In this document: positions 11,974 through 23,300 of the stretch, in pieces
How positions within the stretch are numbered: position 1 is the first letter of the stretch
How the letters are laid out: each line of letters starts with the position of its first letter
Assembly (NCBI GenBank): GCA_044892505.1
Contig: CM097882.1
Span: 66,092,001-66,156,000, forward strand
Reading direction: 5' to 3'
Length of the DNA stretch: 64,000 bases
Source of the DNA: Schmidtea nova
Lineage: Eukaryota
The notes under the pieces: model-generated
Databases searched by the model: none
What the model saw: the letters and a program-made list of their open reading frames with translations, nothing else
Told to the model about the DNA's origin: nothing
Translations under genes and position numbers: made by a program

Positions 11974-14404
11974 CAGCGGTTCTCAAATTCTTTGAAATTT
12001 TCTGTGAGGCGGTCCCTTTAAAAATTGTTAGATAGCTTGCGGACCCCTAATAATAAAAAATAAAAAAGGTATAGCAAATAAAACATATATATTGAGAAAA
12101 TATTACATCGTAAAAGTTAAATAACAATTTTAATGCGACGGATGCAGGCGTTTTTCCAGAACTAGAGCTTCTAGGTTTGGCTTTGTCTTGGCCAGTGCAA
12201 CTCGCATATCATTTGTCGCGCATAATCTATTTCTTGCTTTTGTGTTTATTGTAAGTAGTGTAGAAAAAGCCGACTCACACTCATAGGTGGTTGCAAATGG
12301 AATGAGGACTTTTAGAGCCATCTTAGCAACATCAGGAAAGGACAGTGCCATTTCAATCCAAAAGTCACTACAGCAAGTTCCACGGAAAACATGTTTTGCA
12401 CCCTCATCGTTTATTAAATCAATAAATTGTTCCTGAACTAAATTGTCGTCCGAGGGCAGGTCACTAATGGATACTTCAAATGGGTTAGTGTTAAACCGAT
12501 GGTGTTTTTCAAATTCTCGCAGATCAGGAAAATAGTGAGACATTTCTTTGCTAAGAACGAATACATGCTGTTTCATCATTTCAAGAATATCTGCATCGAC
12601 TTCAAGCTCATTTTCATCAATATATGTATTCAGCTGCGGAAATGGAGCAAAATTCTTATTCTCTAACTTTGTAATCCCTAGTTTGAGCTTCATTTTGAAA
12701 GCCGTCAATTTTTCATGACAATGTAGCACTGTGATATCTTTTCCTTGCAGCGCCAGATTGATATAATTCACGGATTCAAATATGTCTACCAAAAATGACA
12801 AGGAAATAAGAAAACGGACATCGGAGAATTTTGTGTGCATGTCTGGTTTGGTATCTTTCAAAAATTGCTGAATTTCTTTATGGAGTATAAAAACCCTCTT
12901 TAAAACTTTCCCTTTGGAAAGCCACCTCACGTGTGAGTGCAACAAGAGTTTTTCAATTCCGGAATCACTTTCTTTGCATAACTCGGAAAACAAACGAGAG
13001 TTAAGTGCATTTGATTGTATGAAATTTACTGCTGTAATCACATTATTGAGAACATTTTTCAACTCGTCAGGCATGGTTTTTACCATTAAAGCTTGGCGAT
13101 GAATAGTGCAGTGTGTACCAATCATGTTTGGGGATTTTTGTTTAACCAAAGTTTGAAACCCAGAACGACAACCAAGCATTGCTGGAGCACCGTCAGTACA
13201 CACGCCAATAAGATTTTCCCATTTGATATCATGCGCTTCAAAGAATCTGTCCACTTTATCAAAGATTTCTTTTGCAGTTGTTCTGGTATTTAGAGTTTCA
13301 TAGAACAAAAATTCATCTTCCAGGTGTTTATCATACGTATATCGTACGTAGACGCAAAGTTGTGCTAAGTTGGCGACATCCGTCGTTTCATCAAGTTGGA
13401 TATCAAAGAAGGAGAACGTTGAGTTTTGATTTTTTGACACCACTTGCGACAGAATGTTTTCGGACATTTCTGCTTTTCGCCTCCGAACAGTGTCGTTTGA
13501 CAGGCAAACGTAACTTAGCTTGCTGAGCTCCGAACATCCCAGAACATTTGATATTATATCTTTGCAGCAAGGTAATATCAACTCTTCTCCGATATTGTGT
13601 GGTTTTTGGGCCGCAGCTATTTTCCTTGAAACCTCATAGGACGCCCTCAGACCAGCCTTAATGTTCTCCGACCAGATTCCTGTGTCATCAATCCTGGAGT
13701 TGTTCAGTCGTTCGGCTTGGCGCTTAAAGAAGTCGACATCTTTGGTCATTGAGCTGGGATGCTTCGTTTCTAAGTGTCTCTTTAACTTGCTGGGTTTAAG
13801 AGAAGAGGGTGCCAGCACCTCAGAACACAAGACACACTGTGGTTTCTCTTCACCTTTCAAATTTATTACAGTAAACCCATATTGTAAATATGAAATGTCA
13901 TATCTCATTTTCTTTTTGGTGGGCATCTTAAATCTAAAAAAATCGATAAAATAAAATAAAATTATAAATTTATAAAATTATACAGCAAAAGTTAATGTTT
14001 ATTATACCACAAACTGTTTACAAGAAAATAAAATACTAAATGTGATGCGTCGTTCACTCGGAGAAAATACAATTAAAGGCAAAGAATAAGCAGACAGGCC
14101 TGCTATATAAACCCTCGAGGTTGGACCGAGTCGAGGTGACAACGTTACAATTTTAAACAATGACGTCACAAATTAGCATACAACCTCAACATGCACGCAA
14201 AATATTGGAGACACAAAACGCAGTTTTACCCCGTAAGGGGGCTAATGTTGAATTGATTTTTAATAACAGAAATGATTAAATTATTTTTTGATGTTTTTTT
14301 TTTAAATGATTTAAAAAAATAAATATGCGTTAGTTCGTCGCGGTCCCACCGAAACTGCGTCGCGGTCCCCTAGGGGACCGCGGACCCCACTTTGAGAACC
14401 GCTG
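11974..14404 (-). mobile_element. Complete hAT Buster/Charlie-family DNA transposon (2431 bp)
   Basis: 14-bp perfect TIR CAGCGGTTCTCAAA / TTTGAGAACCGCTG. 8-bp TSD ATATAAAA on both sides (nnnTAnnn Buster pattern). Subterminal gcggtccc/gcggacccc motifs at both ends. Confidence 0.96.
12130..13926 (-). CDS. Buster-type hAT transposase (ZBED5/ZBED8-like family), 598 aa, uninterrupted
   Basis: BED finger CVLC...HLETKH; LDETTD; CTDGAPAM; HCTIH; VRWLS; CESAFS. The full DDE triad is present. Confidence 0.93.
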   Translation of the reverse strand: MPTKKKMRYDISYLQYGFTVINLKGEEKPQCVLCSEVLAPSSLKPSKLKRHLETKHPSSMTKDVDFFKRQAERLNNSRIDDTGIWSENIKAGLRASYEVSRKIAAAQKPHNIGEELILPCCKDIISNVLGCSELSKLSYVCLSNDTVRRRKAEMSENILSQVVSKNQNSTFSFFDIQLDETTDVANLAQLCVYVRYTYDKHLEDEFLFYETLNTRTTAKEIFDKVDRFFEAHDIKWENLIGVCTDGAPAMLGCRSGFQTLVKQKSPNMIGTHCTIHRQALMVKTMPDELKNVLNNVITAVNFIQSNALNSRLFSELCKESDSGIEKLLLHSHVRWLSKGKVLKRVFILHKEIQQFLKDTKPDMHTKFSDVRFLISLSFLVDIFESVNYINLALQGKDITVLHCHEKLTAFKMKLKLGITKLENKNFAPFPQLNTYIDENELEVDADILEMMKQHVFVLSKEMSHYFPDLREFEKHHRFNTNPFEVSISDLPSDDNLVQEQFIDLINDEGAKHVFRGTCCSDFWIEMALSFPDVAKMALKVLIPFATTYECESAFSTLLTINTKARNRLCATNDMRVALAKTKPNLEALVLEKRLHPSH

Positions 14405-14469
14405 ATATAAAACATTATAAATGACTAAAAACATTTTATGATAAGGTTTATTAAACAAAACAAATTTTA

Positions 14470-16050
14470 ACATAATTTATCTTCGTAAATTGTTTCCGTT
14501 TTTCTTTCATCACATAATACCCATATGCATGGCTTTTATTCTTTTCAATCCAATTTCTTTTATCATCAGCATTTGTTAAAGCAACTTTCGACTGCTAGAA
14601 ACTAAATAATTGATGATTTTGTGTACCAATTCGACATTGTGGTACTATAAACCTTTTTTTGTTATTATAACAATTCAGATACGACTGATGTTTGAGGTCA
14701 GTACCCTTCAATGTTATTCCTTTAGCTTTTAAGCTATATTTTCCCCCTAACAAATTGCAAAATTTTGGTCTTAAAAGACCCATTTTTTGTATCCATAGCC
14801 TTTACTTTCATCCTTGAACTTTCCAATAACTGAATCCAATTTTTTGGAATAAAGTGGATGTTCCGAAGGATAATTAGAAGTTTCCATGAGATTATCATTA
14901 ACCATTGCCGGTAATAATGTATCTAATTTAACATTTTTACATTCCAAGAAAAAAATATCGGTATCTCCAGCAACAATATTTATTTTGCAACCAAATTGTG
15001 ATCGATATTTTGCTAACTCCGGATATTGTAACTGATGCATCCGAAGTTTCGATAAATCCAAAACTAATTGACCTATATAACTGGGTCTATCCAAACAAAT
15101 AGAGTATTTATTTAGTAAGGCAGCTATTAAATCTTCATCAATATTGATACTTCTTTGAAAAGTTGGCTTGGAAGCATATATTTTCATTTTCTGTTCAGTA
15201 TTACAGTCTCAAATTCATTCTTTTCTTCAAATTTTCGACTTTTTCCGTACAGACTAATATCAAAAAACTTATAATAATTCTTATCGAGACTATTATTAGA
15301 CTCAGATCTTAGCTTAATATTTGCATCAATATACTTCTTGAAAATAGCAGTCTGTTTAAATTTATCAGCTCTATGTATATTGATTACTTTTAGCTAATGA
15401 TAAAAACATTTGAAGTAACCGTCAATGAATTTCATAATTTTTCTTTGTATATTGTGTTAACATTAACTTTTCTACTTAAGATCCTGGAGCACATCTTTTC
15501 AGCTAATACAGGTAGATCATCCAAGAAATCATGAATTTCTGAAGAGATCTCTAACTCAACTTCTACGGTATATCCATACGAAAGCGTTTCTAATTCTAAA
15601 TTCTTGCATTTGTCTAAGATTTTTTTTCTAGATCTGAATCAATCTAACTAAAGTCTTTCAACGGCAAGCTTTGACTTAAATCTCATCCATAAAGGTTATT
15701 GATATCTATGTACAATAACTCTGTATTTGAATCTGATTTAATATAATGCTTGTTCACAAAAGTAAGGCCACCACGAATTTCTCTTTCATAAAAGTTAAAC
15801 ATTTCCATTTCTTGTATCAGTTCAATTGGTTCATTTAAAATCATAAGTGATAATGACAAAGACATTCCAGGAATTCCGTAAAGGTTTAATGGTTCCAATC
15901 GATTATGAGCTATGGAATTAGCTCGAAATTGCTGGAAGAAATCAGCCAATAGAAACAGGTCAAGTTTCAAAAAAATTAGCTGATAACGTGTTTCTTCTTT
16001 TGAACCACCATCTCAGATTGGGGGTAATTCTGTTGTTTTTATCCAGAATT
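14470..16050 (-). pseudogene. Fragmented protein-primed family B DNA polymerase (Polinton/Maverick-like)
   Basis: ORF pieces carry IRGG, LLYIDINNLYG (motif A), AGDTDIF (motif C), GKFKDE and KAKGI, split by stops and frameshifts. The region ends at an N gap. Confidence 0.85.
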
Positions 16051-17284
16051 TCTTGACTACTGGCAAAGTTTAATTGACATATTCCCTTNNNNNNNNNNNN
16101 NNNNNNNNNNNNNNNNNNNNNNNNNNNNNNNNNNNNNNNNNNNNNNNNNNNNNNNNNNNNNNNNNNNNNNNNNNNNNNNNNNNNNNNNNNNNNNNNNNNN
16201 NNNNNNNNNNNNNNNNNNNNNNNNNNNNNNNNNNNNNNNNNNNNNNNNNNNNNNNNNNNNNNNNNNNNNNNNNNNNNNNNNNNNNNNNNNNNNNNNNNNN
16301 NNNNNNNNNNNNNNNNNNNNNNNNNNNNNNNNNNNNNNNNNNNNNNNNNNNNNNNNNNNNNNNNNNNNNNNNNNNNNNNNNNNNNNNNNNNNNNNNNNNN
16401 NNNNNNNNNNNNNNNNNNNNNNNNNNNNNNNNNNNNNNNNNNNNNNNNNNNNNNNNNNNNNNNNNNNNNNNNNNNNNNAAATATATATTTTGCACAATAT
16501 ATTTCGAGAACTTAATTCTCTTCATCAGGTGCTACCCAATCTTACATCGAAATATAAATCACATAAATCGATTTATTCCAACAAATTAGTATTAATTTTT
16601 TTAAATAAAATATATATTTTAAATTCTATTATAGTCAAAAAATTTATATCGATTAAAAATTTTTAAATTTAAATAAATTAATCTTAAAAATATAATATTC
16701 TTTTATTTTTATACAAAAAAATATTTTTTTTAAGAATATATTATAAATATTTTCATATTTATAAACAACAGAATGATTGAAAACGAAATCCATAATCCCC
16801 AATTGAAAATGCTCTAAAACTAGAGTACAGAAAAGACGGCCAGTCTTGTCCAAAATATGTGGCATTACGCCCATGACATTTGAAAAATTAAACGAGTATA
16901 GAACACAAATCAAAAGAAGAAAATAAACACCATCAACAACCACAGCAGTTAATTTACTTAAACCGCAAATAATGAGGCAAACACACAGACTCAAAACTCT
17001 CATACTCACATATTCAAAAACAACAATATGACTGAAAACAACGCTAAATCCCATTAATTGACTCCGCTCTGAAACTCGAATACAGAGAAGACGGGCAGTC
17101 TTTTCCAATGTATGTGGCATTTCACCCATGACGTTTGAAAATATAAACGAGAACAGAGCAAAGAACAATACAGAAAACTTAGAATCGCCAACAATCACAT
17201 CAATTAATTCATAAACAATAGAATAAGAGAAGGAATCAGCACAAGTGTAAACCTCATCATTAAATCGAAATACTAATTTGACAA

Positions 17285-17630
17285 TATAAAACTCTATACA
17301 TTTAGAATTATAAAAATTAAATACAAACATTTTCCTAGACAAACTTTCACAGAATACCGGAACAACTGACGGATTATTATCGTTCTTTAATACATAACAC
17401 AACCAGCATGGCACTAATATAATTAACAACAAACGACAATCCAAATATATATTTTGCAAAATATATATTTGGATTGTCGTTTGCTGTTTATTATATTAGT
17501 GCCATGCTGGTTGTGTTATGTATTAAAGAAAGATAATAATCCGTCAGTTGTTCCGGTATTCTGTGAAAGTTTGTCTAGGAAAATGTTTGTATTTAATTTT
17601 TATAATTCTAAATGTATAGAGTTTTATTAT
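17285..17630. repeat. Near-perfect spacerless palindrome with arms of about 170 bp, centred at about 17457
   Basis: ORFs 16653-17459 (-) and 17454-17804 (+) begin with the same 57 aa apart from two substitutions. Centre ttttgcaaaa. Confidence 0.9.
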
Positions 17631-17899
17631 TATTATTATTATTATTATTACGAACATTGGGAAAAAGTACATAAAACAACTCCATCTATAGAAGAAACAA
17701 AATGCCAGATCCTACAAGAGGGATTCAAAAATTCATTACAAAGATTAGCTTCCGAGACTTTTTTCATAAAAAACATCAACATTCAATTCGCACAAAAAAA
17801 TTAAAATAAAATAAATTTTTTCATCCAATAAAATCATTATAAAATATTAAAAAAATAATTAAGGCTACTATTTAGGATTAAGTAAATATAACGATAGAA

Positions 17900-18239
17900 A
17901 TACACACTTGATAAAGGCTGTGCCGAAATATTGTGTTATTGTTAATATATAAAAAAAATTTTGATCTATAGTCATTATGAGAATTATTGATAATAATAAT
18001 AAAAAAAGATCAAAGGTGAAAAAAGATAATTATGATATTATTATTATTATTATTATCAATAATTCTCATAATGACTATAGATCAAAATTTTTTTTTATAA
18101 ACAATAACACAATATTTCGGCACAGCCTTTATATGATAAAGGCTGTGCCGAAATATTGTGTTATTGTTTATAAAAAAAAATTTTGATCTATAGTCATTAT
18201 GAGAATTATTGATAATAATAATAAAAAAAGATCAAAGGT
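17900..18239. mobile_element. Tandem foldback MITE-like units (about 95-bp arms), possibly with Tc1/mariner-type ends
   Basis: gataaaggctgtgccgaaatattgtg...atgagaattattgat arms are inverted at 17910-18131, followed by a second copy. Related pieces lie at 57483-57525 (TA-CAGTTGATAAAGG end) and 62700-62850. Confidence 0.6.
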
Positions 18240-18438
18240 NNNNNNNNNNNNNNNNNNNNNNNNNNNNNNNNNNNNNNNNNNNNNNNNNNNNNNNNNNNNN
18301 NNNNNNNNNNNNNNNNNNNNNNNNNNNNNNNNNNNNNNNNNNNNNNNNNNNNNNNNNNNNNNNNNNNNNNNNNNNNNNNNNNNNNNNNNNNNNNNNNNNN
18401 NNNNNNNNNNNNNNNNNATACCCAGTGCAAATCCCCAA

Positions 18439-18478
18439 TAACAGACTAGTTTCGAGCTTTTGGCTCTCATCAGTGCTA
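18439..18478 (-). ncRNA. Type I minimal hammerhead ribozyme (Penelope/retrozyme type)
   Basis: Minus strand reads UAGCA-CUGAUGA-GAGC-CAAAA-GCUC-GAAAC-UA-GUC-UGUUA. The catalytic core is complete. Stem II is GAGC/GCUC, stem I is UAGCA/UGUUA (one G-U), stem III is the palindromic ACUAGU, and there is a GUC cleavage triplet. Confidence 0.9.
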
Positions 18479-19046
18479 ATCAGGAGACGCGACTTTGTTT
18501 AATACTATTCCTGGTACACTTATTATGGTACTATGGTACAAATTATTATTATAGTTGTTGTTGTTGTTGTTGTTAATATTATCGCAATAATCATTATCAA
18601 TATTATCATTAGGATAATTATTTTGTTATTATTAATTGTTTATTATTATTATGTACATAAATATATACAAATAAAAAAATATATTAACTTACAGAAAGGC
18701 CAAATGGCCACATAACATTTACAAAAAACTTGAATAATAATGGTATGGAGAAATGCGCCGCCGCTTATATTTGCGGCGGCAGCTCCCAACTATCAATATC
18801 AAATAAAGAATCCTAAGTTGATTGCAATGCGCAATCTAACATCCATTTAAAAATCATTAAAAAATCATTAAAAAATCATTAAAATTGTTATTATTGTTAA
18901 TTTTATATTATTATTGAATATCATTATTATTATTTATAATAATTATTATTATTATGGTTCACGGACGTTTCAGCGCACTTTTATAATTAGCTAATTTTGA
19001 ATATTTAATTAATATTCAATATTAATTAAATATTCAATATTAGCTA

Positions 19047-19490
19047 ATGATAAAAATCATAAAAAGCATAAGAGACAAGGATTTAATGATACACAATGAA
19101 TACATGTACCGGATAGATCACACTGGCATCAAAAAGATAACCTGGAGATGCTGTTGTGACGATTGCCCCGGAAGGGGAAAGAGTTGTGTTTTATACCATC
19201 AAGATCTTGAATCATTTGTTGCTACTAGAGATCATAACCATGATCCAGTAAAAGAAACAATCGAAAAGAAGCAAAAGGCGAATGAGATGAAGGACATGAT
19301 CGTTGAAAACGGTTCTGTTCGTTCTGTTGTTTGTTCCGTTCTAAAAAGAGTGACTTTAAAGACAATACTAAACGATTTTGATGTGCCAAGAACAAATAAT
19401 GCAATTGAAGCATGGCACAACGTTTTTTCTAATTTTATGGGCGAAAATACTATTTTTGTACTCCCTTATTATGGCATTTTTAAGGCTTAA
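19047..19490 (+). pseudogene. Internally deleted MULE transposase with FLYWCH finger
   Basis: YMY...WRC...C...HNHDP (FLYWCH) is joined almost directly to the MULE C-terminal RTNNAIEAWHN. The catalytic core is missing. Confidence 0.75.
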
Positions 19491-19819
19491 AATTAAATAT
19501 TTACTTTCTTTTTAAAATAAAGGATTCCATTAAAAGAATTGATATTGATTTACTATTTGTTCACTGTTAGATTTAGGTAATTTACTGTTTAAATATTTTT
19601 TTAGGAAATTATTTTTTTATTTGGCTAATTAATAATAATATGTATCATAAAATAAAAAACATTTTTATTGTAATAATAAAATAATATATACAGTTACTAC
19701 ACCTTTATAAGATCAGTTAATAGAATTAATTGAAAGATAAAATTGGGTAATAAAATAATATATGCAGTTAATATATCTTTAATAAAATGAAAGTTATTGA
19801 TTGTCACAGATATTATTTT

Positions 19820-20072
19820 TCATACACAAAAATAGAATGATTGTCTTTTAGAATTGCTGGTTTAATTTGAGATAGGATTATTGGCTTTGGGAATTGTTGG
19901 GTTGATTTGAAATAGAATGATTGTCTTTGGAAATTGATAGGTTGGTAAGTATATGCATGGAGATCGATTCATCTTTCTTCAGGATAGATATTGACTCTGT
20001 ATGAGTTAGCTCCTGTTCTATATTATTTGTTTATTATGAACGTGTCGGAGTGCTTACCCTCATCGTTCAAAA
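19820..20072 (-). mobile_element. Second LTR-start relic of the same related family as 10800-11160
   Basis: Minus strand reads LNDEGKHSDTFIINK*YRTGANSYRVNIYPEER*. Nucleotide-level match to 10800-11014. Confidence 0.8.
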
Positions 20073-20308
20073 AAGGTGATATTAAACTCACTATCGCATT
20101 ATTATTCGTTTATAAATTGAGAACTTTGAATTCCATAATAGGAATTCCATAAATTTAAANNNNNNNNNNNNNNNNNNNNNNNNNNNNNNNNNNNNNNNNN
20201 NNNNNNNNNNNNNNNNNNNNNNNNNNNNNNNNNNNNNNNNNNNNNNNNNNNNNNNNNNNNNNNNNNNNNNNNNNNNNNNNNNNNNNNNNNNNNNNNNNNN
20301 NNNNNNNN

Positions 20309-23300
20309 GATTGTTTATATTATTTTTATTATCATTATCTTATTAGTATCTTAATCGATGTTATTTTTGAGGGCATCCTTGTGGATACAGGATGACCCCC
20401 CTTTTTTATTTTTTATGTAATATTACTTAAAATAATATTAAAAATTAAAAATAGAAAATTAAAATCAAAGAAAAACAAATAAATCAATACCTATAGAAAT
20501 TGGTAAAACTATGGGAATTTAAAAAGAAAATTGACGGATGTGGTAAATGAAATCATGAAAAATAAGAAAATTGAAAATTAAGAAAACAGAGGATATATCG
20601 GTGGAAAAATACTTTTGGAATTTTTAGACTTTGTAATTACGTGAGTACAGGTTGATATTTACTGTTTGGTTTTGTTTTAGTATTTTGTTTTAGTTTGCTA
20701 TGTACACAAATACATAGCAAGCACCCCGAGTGTCCCAACATAAATTGGTGACTCTCTCGGGCTCTTCAGTATCTCCCTCACACAACTCTCATTCATTATC
20801 GACCCAAATATAACAAAAAAAGCATTTTACTATAAGTCAATCACATAATACACAGCCATCCTCGATATAAAAACAAACAATTTAACCCTCCATAAACAAT
20901 TATACAATATAATTGGTGTCAGAAGGAAAAAAACAGCACATATTCGTCGTTTTTTTTTCAAACGCTAGCTCTTTAAGCATACCTATTATAGAGGTATAAA
21001 GAATAGCGTCTCTGTTGGCTGAACACAGTAAGCCATATCCTTAAAAAGAAGCTCATTTCTTTTCTCAAACAAACATAGCAAGTATAAATACAAGAAATAA
21101 AACAATTTTAAGTCCATAATAAATTAAGACAATGACTAACCCTATGCCAAATTTCTTTGTAAGCGAAAATGGCTCCTTACAAGCATGGTTGAAAGTAGCC
21201 AAATTGACGTTATCCTTAAGCGAAATTACTTCATCAAAACTAATATGCTCGCAAATATTGACGGCAATTCCAAGTCATATCCACAATGAAATTTCCGATC
21301 AAATAGGCGAAATGTTCACAAAAAACAACCCTTTTGAAAAACTCTGTAGCATATTAGCAAATCAGACAAATAAAATGCAGATACAAGAATATTTCACAAA
21401 TAACAGGCAAAAGGATAATATCCAAAATAATTTCCCAAAACCACTTAAACAAAATTTGGAGTATGTCCAAACCAAAATAGCAAACTTGGACTCAAACGAA
21501 CAAATATCATGTCAAACCTCAGCTACTAAAAATAATCAAACTGAAAAAAAAATTCTGACAGACATGGCCCATAAAATAAATGCAGGAACTTACCCCAGTA
21601 TAAACAGTACTCATGACAACAAAAATAAAACATCCAACCATGAACAATATGAGGAAGAAAATGAAAGAACAGAATTTAACGAAACAAATAAAATTCTTAG
21701 TATTTTAATAAGTCAACTTGACAAAATAGCAACGGAAAACAAAAGGTTCAAATTAGAACTAAAGGAAATTAAAGAAAAAAACCTAAAACAATACTATTAC
21801 CCAAATCAAACATTGTATAAGCTCAACTGGCCTAATCCAAACACAAGAAATCAAAACCAAAACTTTCACAACAATAAAAACAAAGAAACTGGAAATAGAC
21901 AAAAATTCTGGAAACCAGAAATCAAACTAGCAAATCAAGAATTTTGTTATTTCCATAACAAATTTGGAGAAAAGGCATTCAAATGCACAAAACCATGCAG
22001 ATATACTGAAAAAAACTCAGAAAAATTGAAGAGTTTGCCATTAGTTGCTCCTACATTTCACGAAACAAATACAAAAAAACTGGAAACATTGCCAGTAGTC
22101 GCACACACATTTATTGACAAAAATAATGCATTTATGGTGCAATCAAACGACGCAGAATTTCTAATTGACACTGGTTCTGTGATCTCCTTATTACCCCATT
22201 ACCTGCACAAAAACTCAAAAAACGCAGAAAAACATTTAACCGCAGCCAATGGCACAAACATAAAAACATTTGGTGAACACACCTTAACTTTAACAATCAA
22301 TTCAAAGAAATACAGCTGGACATTCTTAATCGCTGATGTTCAACAAGCAATAATAGGAGCTGACTTCCTGGCACACTACAACCTCACAGTAGACTGCCGA
22401 AATAAAACACTAACGGAAAACACAAGCACAAGCAAAGAAACCGTCAAAACCATGGCGACAACCATTTCAAAAATAGACATTGGTGTTATCCAAATGGGTC
22501 CAACAAACAACAAATCAAAACAAAACCTGAATCATGGCCCAGAAATAAACACGCTACTGGAAAAAGTCGACAAACTTATCGCAACAGTAACTTTCGACGA
22601 GAAAGCAAATATAAAAAACAACGAACAAATAACAACTAAAAACAGTGAGAACATCGAAAACAAATTAAAAGGAATACTAAAAAAGAGACCAAACTCAGAG
22701 AACGATGGCAAGACAATACTAACAACTGATTACCTACTAATAAAGAAGCCATGCACAAAAGATTCCGAAGACAAATACGAAGGCCCATTCAAATTACTTG
22801 AAATTAACAAAAACGTGGCCACAATAATTAAAAACAACAACAAAATAAGAATAAATATACGTAGAACAAAACCATTTCACTACAACCCAAAACCCCTTTG
22901 CAATATTTCACACAACGAAACCCAAACAAAGAAAAAACACATAAAATTCAACAACAAAAACGAAATAAAAAATTTTGACAAAAACGCCATCATTACCCGA
23001 TACAAAAAACTATATAGTGAATGCCTCACACAACACAACACTACATAACACGCAAAAATATATCAATGTAAAATTTTATATTTTGTTTTATTGTTATAAT
23101 GTAGTACGCAACAAAACACAAAACAAATTACATAACAAACACATACAATATGAGTATTATAAATATTTTATGATTGTAAATATTTGATCGTTTTGTTTAT
23201 TATCCCCAATGTAAAAAATGTGTAAAAATCAATTCTTATTGTGTTTGCAACCTCCGGTTTTAAAGGGGGAAGTTATGTAAAGGTTGTTTCAACATTGAGA

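Noticed and set aside
16057-16589. ORFs made of X residues (also 18168-18502, 23670-23873, 58413-58664)
   Set aside because: Artefacts of translating N gaps.
16653-17804. 268-aa and 116-aa hydrophobic ORFs sharing an N-terminus
   Set aside because: The shared start is produced by the palindrome, the T/G-rich strand is naturally poor in stops, and synonymous changes in the internal repeat favour a plus-strand frame instead.
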